From the NCBI GenBank assembly GCA_030141605.1, contig JAQGDQ010000672.1, forward strand, positions 51,082-115,081: 64,000 nucleotides of DNA, in the 5' to 3' direction. Positions 52,161 to 62,723 of this stretch are shown piece by piece; the stretch's first letter is position 1, and each line of letters starts with the position of its first letter. The translations under genes and the position numbers were made by a program. The notes beneath the pieces were generated by a model, which was given only the letters and a program-made list of their open reading frames with translations, was not told the DNA's origin and did no database searches. This stretch comes from Tubiluchus corallicola. Taxonomy: Eukaryota > Animalia > Priapulida.

Positions 52161-52674
52161 CTATTTTGTATTTTCACCAAATACGTATATTTATGTATGA
52201 TTTTCTCATGGCAAATGGAATAAACTAAACTAAATTAAACGAACAGTAGAGATTTTTCATTGAAAATGGGGTCTACAGACGATAGGCTTCTTTGTTGTTT
52301 AATAAGTGCTGGTTCGCGGCAATAGTTCAGCGCATTTGCAAGTTTCTTCCTCCTAGTTACCAACCTCCCAGTCAAACGGGATTTATGGGGTTTCAAGAGG
52401 CTTCATATAGCCAGGAGGGACATAAACTAAATATAGACTCAGACTTGTAAATAAAAATCTAGTGTCAAATCGCAACAGATGGCTTGTGGCGGCCATTTTG
52501 TGTGTGAATCATTTTTAATGATCAACTTTTTCCTGGCTGTTGAACCGTGACGTATGAAATCCAGCCGTTAGTTTTCCGAATTTTGGTGGTCTTTTTAATC
52601 TTTTTATTTTTCTGGTTAGTAACTTATAATCTATGATGGTGGCACCTAACCAGTTGAATTTTGAAACCAAACTA

Positions 52675-53499
52675 CAGTAAGTCCTCGCTTAACGGCGCTA
52701 TGTTCCAGCAAAACACGATGTTAAGTGAAACGTCGTTAAACAAACCAAACTACAGTAAGTCCTCGCTTAACGACGCTAATGTGTTCCAGCAAAATGCGAT
52801 GTTAGGCAAAACGTCGTTAAACAAAACCAAAACTTCCATAGAAAGTAATGTAAAAGAATTGAGATACGGTCCAAAGGCAAAAATCAATGCTGCTTAAATC
52901 GTATAAATTAAATGTTTGATGAGTTTGTTTATGGTTTCTTCTAGTTAATTTCTTTCTCCTTGCTTGAAATCGCCCACCTTTCGTACCACTACGTACCTAC
53001 CTATCTAGTGGTTTCTCTTTCATTAAGGTTTAAGCCTAGGGCAGCCATTAAACAATAAGCACTGCAGAGTCAAAGCCAAGTGCTGCATGTGGCGACATTG
53101 AAAATTTTATCATACAAGAGTACTGTATCATTTACTACGTAGTCTGGTTGCTATAGCAACAGGTTGCAGGTAGAATTTCTTCGCACAAAGTTTGTTCACA
53201 GATCTCGCTTGACAGAAATTGTAGCCAGTATAGTAGTCAGTCCAGAAGGAAAAACGTGTAATAATTGCAGTGTTTATGTTACTGTTGCACTTTTAAAACA
53301 GAATGATGCAATATGTGCCATTTTAATGCTTCATGTTAAGTAAAAAAGTTGTTGATAAAATGAAAATTGGCTTTCAGCAAATTAAAAAAAAGATTATTAA
53401 AATAAAACGTGCCTCGTTAAGTGAAAAGAAGGTGTCAAATGTTCCGCATCGTTCAAACGAAATATCGCTAAACGGCGAATCGTTAAGCCGGACTAATTG
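52675..53499. mobile_element. Tc1/mariner (pogo/Tigger-like) non-autonomous element with a duplicated left end
   Basis: TA|CAGTAAGTCCTCGCTTAACG occurs twice (52675 and 52753). Degenerate right end CGTTAAGCCGGACTAATTG|TA. Confidence 0.6.
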
Positions 53500-53514
53500 T
53501 ACTTTTTTAAACTT

Positions 53515-53582
53515 CCTGGTTGGCTATAAGGGATCCTATTATTATTACCATTATCATTATCATTATCATTATCATTATCAAT

Positions 53583-53643
<61 letters not shown>

Positions 53644-53687
53644 CCATCACCATCACCTGGTTGGCTATAAGGGATCCTATTATCATT

Positions 53688-53755
<68 letters not shown>

Positions 53756-54053
53756 CCATCACCATCACCATCATCATCATCATCATTATTATCACCTGGT
53801 TGGCTATAAGGGATCCTATTATTATTGCCATTTTCATTATCAATATCATTATCATTATCACCATCACCATCATCATCACCATCGCCATCACCATCACCTG
53901 GTTGGCTATAAGGGATCCTATTATTATTACCATTTTCATTATCATTATCAATATCATTATCATTATCACCATCACCATCACCATCATCATCACCATCACC
54001 ATCACCATCATCACCATCACCATCGTCATCATCATCATCATCATCATCATCAT
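53515..54053. repeat. Four copies of a constant anchor of about 28 bp, each followed by variable (ATC/ACC/ATT)n
   Basis: CCTGGTTGGCTATAAGGGATCCTATTAT at about 53515, 53656, 53795 and 53897. Confidence 0.9.
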
Positions 54054-54326
54054 TAGACAAAGGGACTTACTGAGCGAATGTGCAAGAAATCAACCCGAAT
54101 CGAATTCACAAATCTACTGAGATTGTTGATGTCAAGATTGCTGCGGGAACGGGCGCGAAAAGAAAGCAAATATGCTTGGCGTATCGCGCGACTTGTTGAT
54201 ATGATTTCAGATCTCACCCCACGCGTTGATATCTGGCCAAACGTCATGTTTCTCAACATTCTCGCCCTGCACACGCACGCGCGGTATGTCAGAGTCGTTG
54301 ATTCACTGTAAATTCTTGGTGACGCA

Positions 54327-55246
54327 CAGGGGCGTATTAACTAATAAGCTAGCTAAGCCGTAGCCCAGGGCTGCGAACTTTGAGGGCGTCACAGTTTACA
54401 AAAAATTCTTATTCTCCTCGGAAAATGTGCATATACTTTCACATTCGTGTAGAGAGCGCATTTTATAACACACCACAAGAAGTTTACTGACATCAGCTTT
54501 TATATAATTGCCACATAACGAACAGGTGCAAGGTATTACACAGCAAGTAGTTGCGCAGCGTGCTTGAATATAAGCACTATGCAAATACATGTAATTAATA
54601 ATGACCACGTAGAAACTAGGTTGATAGTATTTCTAACACACCACAAGCAATTATTTAATCTGCTTATTACATAAGCAACCATAAATTCACAATATAGATG
54701 GGCGGGAGAGATCTATCAGCAGGGTGCATAAGATTATGGATATGTATAAAATAAATAAAATGGCTTATTTTATGGATTTTTGAAATTTTATTTTATAGAT
54801 ATCAATAAAATAAGAAATAGACTATATCTGGAACGAGATGCCCAGGGGGAAATCAATTAAAAAGTAAAAACAGGATGCTTGAAACGTGTTTTTAAACACG
54901 CAGGACTTAGTTTTAATTTTATCGGTTTCATATCACTTCAAATTTAATCAAATTTTACGAGACAATGCCCTGTAATTCATCACTTCAGTTCAAATAATTC
55001 ATCTATTTGGTACGAATGTAGAATGCCCTCTAGGCTGAAGTTTCCGATCCAATGCCTGTATTCAGTTTTGATTGCCTTATTTTGTACAAAAAATCACAAA
55101 AAAAATTTTTTGTTTTATGCATTTCTTATTTTATGGATTTTTCAAATTTTATTTTGTGGATTTTTGGTCTTATTTTATGGATATCCATAATCTTATGCAG
55201 CCTGTCTATCAGCCTAGGGCGTCGTAAAGTCTTGGATACGCCCCCG
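54327..55246. mobile_element. Older hAT-like MITE (CAGGGGCGTA...TACGCCCCCG) hosting a nested MITE
   Basis: Imperfect TIRs; a related right end also occurs at 49820-49863. Confidence 0.55.
54720..55204. mobile_element. hAT MITE, 485 bp, with an intact 8-bp TSD
   Basis: TCTATCAG|CAGGGTGCATAAGATTATGGATAT ... ATATCCATAATCTTATGCAGCCTG|TCTATCAG. Confidence 0.9.
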
Positions 55247-55544
55247 GACTGATAAGTCCGTAGAAGCCAACCCTACCAGCTTTAGACTCTGCTACAACAA
55301 CAAGAACCAAATGCAGGAGAGATTTTACACGAAGAAAACTGTGGTTGCCGCTGACCACAGTGATTATTTATTCAAGAAACGGAACTGTAGAAAATGCGCA
55401 GCAGTATTCCGGTAATAAACAAGACAGTTTCAACTGCAGGCGTTGGTGGCGCTGCTTGGCGGATCAAAACCATTCCAGAAAAACATGCGAATGTGGAAAA
55501 TGGCGTGAGTTTTACGAAGACGCTTTAATTTACAGTAAAAACAC

Positions 55545-55970
55545 CACGAGTTTAGTAAAAGTTTATTAAACCATGTCAAACGTTTAGACAGGCTGCTGAT
55601 AGTTAATGATTAAACAGACCAGTAAAGAAATTGATACAGTAACTTAAGCACTAATTATGTATTTACAAAAGCCAAATAGGTAATGATTAAACAGACCAGT
55701 AAAGAAATTGATACAGTAACTTAAGCACTAATTATGTATTTACGAAAGCCAAATAGGTAGTGATTAAACAGACCAGTAAAGAAATTGATACAGTAACTTA
55801 AGCACTAATTATGTATTTACAAAAGCCAAATAAGCAGACCTGAAGAAAAGAAATCAATACAGTAACAAATAGCTAAGTGTTTGAAAATAAAGTTAAAGGA
55901 ATTGAACTGGTTTGTACATTAAGAGAAGGCTTATTAGGGTACATAGATAAACTTTCTTTTATTAATAAGT
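55545..55970 (-). mobile_element. Penelope-like element 3' end with an internal triplication of about 78 bp
   Basis: Minus strand encodes LLIKESLSMYPNKPSLNVQTSSIPLTLF; similar to 10826-11010. Truncated hammerhead remnant at 55570-55598. Confidence 0.75.
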
Positions 55971-55972
55971 CC

Positions 55973-56324
55973 CAGAAGACACTAAGTCTCACGCAAAACT
56001 GTGCTCAATACAATAGAGTGTCAAGCAATGGGACAGTGGACAGAAGACAATAAGTCTTAGGCAAAGCTGTGCTCAATACAATACAGTGTCAAGCAATGGG
56101 ACAGTGGACAGAAGACACTAAGTCTTAGGCAAAACTGTGCTCAATACAATACAGTGTCAAGCAATTGGGACAGTGGACAGAAGACACTAAGTCTCACGCA
56201 AAACTGTGCTCAATACAATAGAGTGTCAAGCAATGGGACAGTGGACAGAAGACAATAAGTCTTAGGCAAAGCTGTGCTCAATACAATACAGTGTCAGGCA
56301 ATGGGACAGTGGACAGAAGACACT
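55973..56324. repeat. 68-bp tandem repeat, about 5 copies, interrupted by the LTR element
   Basis: Unit CAGAAGACACTAAGTCT...GCAATGGGACAGTGGA. The last unit breaks at GACACT|TGTAAC. Confidence 0.92.
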
Positions 56325-57614
56325 TGTAACGACCAGCTTAGCATATATCTTTGTATTTGTAACTAGATTTAGTTATTACTAACTTAACTTCGTTGTAGAA
56401 CGAGATATGTTTTTCTAGCCAATGTAAACTTTACGGTAGTATACGTAATTTAGTTTGGGCTGTATAAAATTGTTGCTTATAGCTGTTCAATGTATAAACC
56501 AGGTGTTACACTTTAGTTATGCGCATAGGTCAAATCTAGGGTAAACTCGTCGAACGGATATGCAAATACGGGTTATCCTGCTATAGTGTTATTGAAGCCA
56601 GACTATTAGACAACCGGCTTTAGAGGTCTTTTCACACAGATGTGTAGAGAACGACGTGGCTCTTGGCAAGAGTGACTTGTGGGCAGATATAATGCTGGAC
56701 AGTTTTTTTAACATATGTTTTGCTTCTTTGCATATAAATCGTGCAACTTTAGCTGGCTCTACCAAACGCTAATGTTTAGTGAAAGTTCCAACTACGTGCT
56801 AGTGACTATTTGTGTGGGCAGTTCTAGTATCAAGCCCAGTTCTCCATTTGCTTACATCGAGTTACGTTGTGACATCTGACGTGAAAAACCAAACTACCGT
56901 TCTACCAACGCAGGACGCTTCCGAGAACGACTCCCATCTGCTTATGACTTCGCAGTTCAGCTATGCTCTAAACACCCGGGTGTGCACACCGATGTTGTGG
57001 ATCCGCCACCTTCGTCGTCGTGCTACCGCCGATAAGTATTGCAGACGTATGCTTTCATTGATGCTGAGACTGTAAGTGATAAATTCTCTCGTTTCATTTG
57101 TTTAACTACTAGGCCACCGCCTGTTGCTTCCTTTTGTACAACTATATTTGCTTCGACTGGCAGTGGCTGGTAAAAACTAAGACACAGCTCAAAGTGCTGA
57201 TAGCTTACATTACAACCTCATGTGGATGGAGCTTTACTTTATGGACATACTATTAACAAGCGTTGGTGAACTGTTAGATTATTTTATTTTGTTAGCCAAA
57301 GGTAATTTTTGGGTATTGTTTGTAGCATCTGAAAGTATTACCGGTCAGTAAACTTTGAGTAGTGTAGCAATACATGTTTATTGAATGGGTACCCGGGTAC
57401 AAATTAATTGCTGTCATTTGGTTTGAACTAATTTTATATTATCAACATTTATGAATATTAAAGGCTTATCTTATCATAAAAACTGCATAAAATTAGTTTC
57501 ACGTTTTGTGTTCAAGAAATATATTGAGTAAAAACTGAGTAGTATGACACACGCTACCAAACAATAAGAGCGCTGATTGCTCATACTTGATTGTGAGATC
57601 CGCCCCCCATTACA
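56325..57614 (+). repeat. 5' LTR, 1290 bp
   Basis: TGTAA...TTACA termini; direct repeat of 62724 onward. Confidence 0.95.
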
Positions 57615-57615
57615 C

Positions 57616-57633
57616 TGGTGGCAGCGGTGGGAT
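57616..57633 (+). promoter_or_regulatory. Primer-binding site complementary to the tRNA-Leu 3' end
   Basis: TGGTGGCAGCGGTGGGAT, one base after the LTR; complement of ATCCCACCGCTGCCACCA. Confidence 0.85.
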
Positions 57634-57761
57634 CAGATCTCAATTACGCCAGACATTCTATTCATTTAGTTTTGAAAAATTGATATGTTATTTAGGCATT
57701 GGTTTAATGCTCATTGTTTCTAGTTATCTAGATGTTTTTCAGCGCATTGTAACTTTTTCAA

Positions 57762-60700
57762 ATGGAAGGATACATTGAACTTACCCGCCCCCAATTGGAA
57801 CTACTTAGTCCTGAAGCACTTCGAGGAATAGCGCATAGCCGTAATCTGGTTTATGAAAGACGTAACCGCGAGCAGCTGATTTCATCTATTTTGCATAGTC
57901 AGACCATTAGGAGACCGCCAGCTTTGGATCCTAAAATGATGGAAAGTGGCTCCATCACTGGATATCAGCCTGGTGCCAAATCCGAAGATGGTGCACATAA
58001 ATTAGATGAAGTGACACAGTCTTCTCACGCTGAAGAAGAAGACCCTGTCCAACAGCTAGCAGATGAATCACCACCTCCAGAATTGGATATAATGGCAGGA
58101 GATCCTGACCCTTTGTGCATGGATCTACCACCTAGAGGTAAACGACAACCTGCCCATGTGAGTGTAGGCCAATTACCAGATGTGGATTTAGCCCAGTATG
58201 CTGGATTCGATGCAGAGCGGCTTGCAATGCTGCTGGAATTTCAACGCGAACGTATGAAACATGAAAGTGAAGAACGGGCTAAGGAACGTCAACACGCATT
58301 GCAGCTACACAAGATGAGTCTGTCTTTCGAATCTGAGATGGCAGCCACATCAGAATCCAGGCATCCACGTTGTACTGCAGCTAATACCCAAGAGGGAGCT
58401 ATTGAAGATAGATCTACTCCAAGACATGAGAGTCTAAAGATTAAATACTTTGGAGAAGGGTCACAGGAACCGGATCTAGCTGAATACTTTAGCTACTTGG
58501 AGCGCTGTCTGGTGGTAAACAGGATACCCAAGAAAGATTGGCCATGTGTCCTATCTCGTGCCTTAGCAGGACATACTAAAGCCCTCCGTGCTTACAACTG
58601 TGTCCCCCAGGGAGACTTGCAGGACTATGACAAGATCAAAGAGTGTGTTCTTTCTTTCTTCTCCTTGACTCCAGATTACTATCGTCAAACCTTCCGGAAA
58701 GTGACACGAGGTGTGGATGAGTGTTACCGTGCGTATTTTACCCGAGTTAAAAATGCAGGGAATCTTTGGCTACAAGCAGCTAATGTTCAGACATTGGAAC
58801 AAGCAAAAGATTTGTTCTATCTGGAGCAAGCATTAAGTCGTGTTCCCCCACAGATCGCCAGATGGGTGCGACGGAATAACATAATAGGCTTTGAAGATGT
58901 TGCTATCAAATGTGACTACTATGCATACTCTGAAGGATTAGATTTAGATAAGCAATCACACTACAGTAGCAGGGGTAAGCCAATGAAGCAGCATCGGTCC
59001 AGCAAGAATAACAAGCCAGTAGATGAGCCACGTGAGGCTGAGAGCCTCCAGAAGTCAGCAAGATGCTTCAACTGCGGTGGATATGGACATTATGCAGCTA
59101 GCTGTCCTAGAGCAAAACGTCCACCCAAAGCAAATATGCCAATGGCTAGGACGAATGCCATAAGAGGACAGATCCAGTACACTGAACTCCCCTCCACTGA
59201 CGGAATCACTTATGGTAAAGATGAACCATACTGTTTTCCAGCTCGAATAAATAGCTACAAAGTCGATGTACAGCGTGACACAGGGGCTAACGTAAACTGC
59301 ATACATCGTCGCTATGTCAATGTTGAGCAGCTAGTACCCGGACGAACAGTCGACATATTGTGCGGTCATGGTGATCGACGCCCATGTGAAGTGGCAAGAC
59401 TGCCAATAGAGAGCCAGGTGGTGACTGGAGAATTAGAGTTCGTGGTTCAAGACAAACTGCCATCAGATTGTCTTCTAGGAAACAACTATATGGAAACCTT
59501 CATCCCAAAATCCATGGTAGGGAAGAGGCTCCCAAATGATGTTTCACAGAGAGAAGACCATTGCACCAGTTCTAGTACCCAGACGTCTAGTTCTCAGTTG
59601 AAGAAACCACAGACAAGGAAAGTCACAAAGAAACCCACCAATGCTAGGCCTACAATAGCAAATGTGGCTGAGGTGGCAAGCAGTGGTGACCCATGTAGTT
59701 CACATAGAGACATTGATGCTGACATCAAGACACAAGTGATGACTAGAGCCCAAGCAAAGAAACTGCAGGAAGAAGACCAACATGATGCGGCCCCAGAAGA
59801 TGAGCTGAATAGCGTGCTAGACAAAAAGCCATTTTGTGCCGGCGAGGACCGTGACAAACTCAGACAGCAGCAACAAGGGTGCGTAACGCTGAAGCCACTG
59901 TTCGACAGTGTAATTCCAGAAGAGGAAGCTGTACAGTTAGGCAAAGGTTACTACATAAAAGATGGTCTACTTCTGCTTTTCCTGAGACGAGCCAAAGACA
60001 AGGAAGGGAAAAGCTTGATAGTCCTGCCAAAAGAGAGGAGAGCTGAAGTACTGAAAATAGCTCACGACAATAAACTGGCAGCACATTTTGGAATACAAAA
60101 GACAACACAGAAGGTGCTGAGCATGTTCTTTTGGCCACAAGTACATAGCGACATAAGAGCTTACGTACGTAGTTGCCCAATATGCCAGAAATGTTCGAAG
60201 AGAAGGACTGCAGACCGAGTCAAACTGCGACCAATCTCTGTGGATCAACTACCCTTCCAGAAAGTGTCAATGGATTATATGGGGCCACTTGCACGTACGA
60301 AAAGTGGTAATAAGTATGCACTAGTGATAACTGACTATTGCACCAGATACCCGGAAGTTTATCCAACAAAGTCACAGACGGCTGAGTGCACCGTAAAGGC
60401 CCTACTACGTTACATAGCAACATATGGTATACCGATGGAGATTGTAACCGATCAAGGTCCGGCTTTTGTTTCACAAGTCCTACAGGATCTGGAGGCTGTG
60501 CTAGGTACACGAGGTATATTGGCTACTCCATATCATCCTCAGACATCTGGCCTGACTGAGAGGTACAATCAAACTTTGAAGACATCAATTCGAAAGCTCC
60601 AGATGAGTGCAGGATCCTGGGAGTGGGACGAACTTATTCCGCTAGTACTTTTTGCATACCGGGATTGTCCCCAAAGTTCTACCTCATACTCACCATTCGA

Positions 60701-62165
60701 GATGGTGTACGGGTTTCCGATCAGAGGCCCATTAGCTATGTTACGTGAGAGATTTGACTTACAGAGACCCAAGCAGCTGACAGATGTCCACACTTTTGTG
60801 CAAGAGCTCATGGATCGGATGGAACAGGTGACCAATGAAGCTCACGAGTCACTGCGTGAAGCACAACTCGCTCAAAAGAAGTGGTACGATCAGAAAGCAC
60901 GGGAAAGATCTTTAGAAGTAGGCAGTAAAGTCTTGGTTTTGTTGCCAAAGAGTACAAAGAAGCTGCAACGTGTATGGAAAGGACCATACCAAGTGTTGGA
61001 AAAGGTGTCTGACCAAGTCTATAAAATTGCTTTTCGTGGTAAGAAGCATCGGCAGAAATGCTTCCACATAAACCTACTACGCCCTTGGGTAGAGCGCACT
61101 GAAGGTCATGTGATGCTGTCTATAGCCACTCCGGGAAAAGGCAATGAGACGTATCAGGAAGGCGAGGTACAGGAGCATATGTTTCCACCAGTTACACAAC
61201 AAACACAAAGTGTGGATGATATTAGCATACCCGACCACCTCTCCAAGACTCAGAAGCAGCAGCTGATACACATATTTCGTAAACATGCTGATGTGTTTTC
61301 AGATGTGCCAGGTTGCACAGATCTGATACAGCACGAGATTTTTGTTCCTAAAGACTATAAGCCTATTCGTCAAGCTCCATATCGTGTGCCAAAAGCACAA
61401 GAAGAAGCACTTCGGAGAGAAGTCGATGAGATGATTAAGCTGGGTATAATCCAGAAGTCAGACTCCAGTACAACAAGTCCAGTTGTAGTTGTTCCCAAAA
61501 AGGATGGGACTATCCGATTTTGTGTTAACTACATCAAGCTCAATGAAGTCACAACCTTTGACCCATACCCAATCCCAAATATGCAGGAATTGCTCAGCAA
61601 TATGCATGGAGCCAAGTATATGACGAAGTTGGATTTAACCAAAGGGTATTGGCAAATACCATTGCACCCCGATTCACGCAAGCTATCATCATTCGTTCTA
61701 CCTTGGGGACAGTGGGAGTTTCTCGTGATGCCTTTTGGCTTGGTTAATGCGGCCGCAACCTGCCAAAAACTCATGGATAGACTCCTGGAAGGATCTCCTC
61801 ATTTTGCGAGAGGCTACATAGATGACACAGTCATTTGGAGCCCAGATTGGTCACAACATTTAAAGCATGTTGATGATATTCTTTCGCGGGTATTTAGGGC
61901 CAAGCTTACCATCAAGCCAAAGAAGTGTGCGTTCGCTTTGAGCAAAGTCGACTTTTTAGGACATGTGGTTGGACAAGATGTCCTGCGACCACAATCAGAT
62001 AAACTGGAGCTTATTAAACATTTTCCTCGACCCAAGACAAAAAAAGAAGTTCGAAGTTTCCTCGGCTTTATTGGCTTCTATCGTTCCTTTGTTCCAGGCT
62101 TTAGTAGCATAGCCACTCCGCTGTACGAACTTACAAAGAAGCATAGGCCCAACGATGTTGTGTGA
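57762..62165 (+). CDS. Gag-Pol polyprotein: capsid, CCHC knuckle, aspartic protease, integrase, reverse transcriptase
   Basis: CFNCGGYGHYAASC; RDTGA; HDNKLAAH..CPIC; SMDYMGP/VTDQG/GLTERYN (DDE); GPY; LDLTKGYWQ, MPFGL, YIDD. Confidence 0.95.
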   Translation: MEGYIELTRPQLELLSPEALRGIAHSRNLVYERRNREQLISSILHSQTIRRPPALDPKMMESGSITGYQPGAKSEDGAHKLDEVTQSSHAEEEDPVQQLADESPPPELDIMAGDPDPLCMDLPPRGKRQPAHVSVGQLPDVDLAQYAGFDAERLAMLLEFQRERMKHESEERAKERQHALQLHKMSLSFESEMAATSESRHPRCTAANTQEGAIEDRSTPRHESLKIKYFGEGSQEPDLAEYFSYLERCLVVNRIPKKDWPCVLSRALAGHTKALRAYNCVPQGDLQDYDKIKECVLSFFSLTPDYYRQTFRKVTRGVDECYRAYFTRVKNAGNLWLQAANVQTLEQAKDLFYLEQALSRVPPQIARWVRRNNIIGFEDVAIKCDYYAYSEGLDLDKQSHYSSRGKPMKQHRSSKNNKPVDEPREAESLQKSARCFNCGGYGHYAASCPRAKRPPKANMPMARTNAIRGQIQYTELPSTDGITYGKDEPYCFPARINSYKVDVQRDTGANVNCIHRRYVNVEQLVPGRTVDILCGHGDRRPCEVARLPIESQVVTGELEFVVQDKLPSDCLLGNNYMETFIPKSMVGKRLPNDVSQREDHCTSSSTQTSSSQLKKPQTRKVTKKPTNARPTIANVAEVASSGDPCSSHRDIDADIKTQVMTRAQAKKLQEEDQHDAAPEDELNSVLDKKPFCAGEDRDKLRQQQQGCVTLKPLFDSVIPEEEAVQLGKGYYIKDGLLLLFLRRAKDKEGKSLIVLPKERRAEVLKIAHDNKLAAHFGIQKTTQKVLSMFFWPQVHSDIRAYVRSCPICQKCSKRRTADRVKLRPISVDQLPFQKVSMDYMGPLARTKSGNKYALVITDYCTRYPEVYPTKSQTAECTVKALLRYIATYGIPMEIVTDQGPAFVSQVLQDLEAVLGTRGILATPYHPQTSGLTERYNQTLKTSIRKLQMSAGSWEWDELIPLVLFAYRDCPQSSTSYSPFEMVYGFPIRGPLAMLRERFDLQRPKQLTDVHTFVQELMDRMEQVTNEAHESLREAQLAQKKWYDQKARERSLEVGSKVLVLLPKSTKKLQRVWKGPYQVLEKVSDQVYKIAFRGKKHRQKCFHINLLRPWVERTEGHVMLSIATPGKGNETYQEGEVQEHMFPPVTQQTQSVDDISIPDHLSKTQKQQLIHIFRKHADVFSDVPGCTDLIQHEIFVPKDYKPIRQAPYRVPKAQEEALRREVDEMIKLGIIQKSDSSTTSPVVVVPKKDGTIRFCVNYIKLNEVTTFDPYPIPNMQELLSNMHGAKYMTKLDLTKGYWQIPLHPDSRKLSSFVLPWGQWEFLVMPFGLVNAAATCQKLMDRLLEGSPHFARGYIDDTVIWSPDWSQHLKHVDDILSRVFRAKLTIKPKKCAFALSKVDFLGHVVGQDVLRPQSDKLELIKHFPRPKTKKEVRSFLGFIGFYRSFVPGFSSIATPLYELTKKHRPNDVV

Positions 62166-62631
62166 ATCTGCATTCATTCAGCTCCGGGAGGCAGTTACCT
62201 CAGATACCTTTCTAGGAGCACCAGATTTCAGCAAAGAATTCCTCTTGACTGTAGATGCATCAACCACAGGCCTTGGAGGCATTCTGTCCCAAAAGACAGA
62301 TGAAGGGAATGAGCGGGCCATAACTTATATCAGCCGGAAATTAACTAAACCAGAGTCAAACTATGCAGTGGTGGAACTGGAACTCCTTGCAATAGTCTGG
62401 GCAGTGCAAAAACTGAGTTACTATCTTCTGGGAAGGCAGTTCGTCATCCGTTCAGACCATCAGTGTCTCACTTGGTTGCAAAGGATGAAAGGGAAGAACC
62501 GTAAGCTGGCCCGTTGGTCATTAATCCTACAGGAATACACATTCCGGATTGGGTATATCAAGGGTAAGGCCAACATCGCAGACGGTCTATCACGCAACTG
62601 GGAAGCTGATAAGCCTGACACTGCCGCGTAA
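62162..62631 (+). CDS. RNase H domain, out of frame with the upstream polyprotein
   Basis: CESAFIQLR..LTVDASTTGLGGILSQ..NYAVVELELLAIVWAV..RSDHQCL..NIADGLSR. Confidence 0.9.
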
Positions 62632-62708
62632 CCATACCCAAGAACCAAAGATAATGCAGGCGCTGATCGAAATGGAATAGCCTATGATTCCATGAGAATA
62701 ATAGTCTT

Positions 62709-62723
62709 CAAATTAGGGGGCTG
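62709..62723 (+). other. Polypurine tract
   Basis: AAATTAGGGGGCTG immediately before the 3' LTR TG. Confidence 0.6.

Noticed and set aside
56812-57075. 87-aa ORF in both LTRs, considered as an env-like or accessory gene
   Set aside because: GTG start, no recognisable motif, and conserved only because the LTRs are near-identical.
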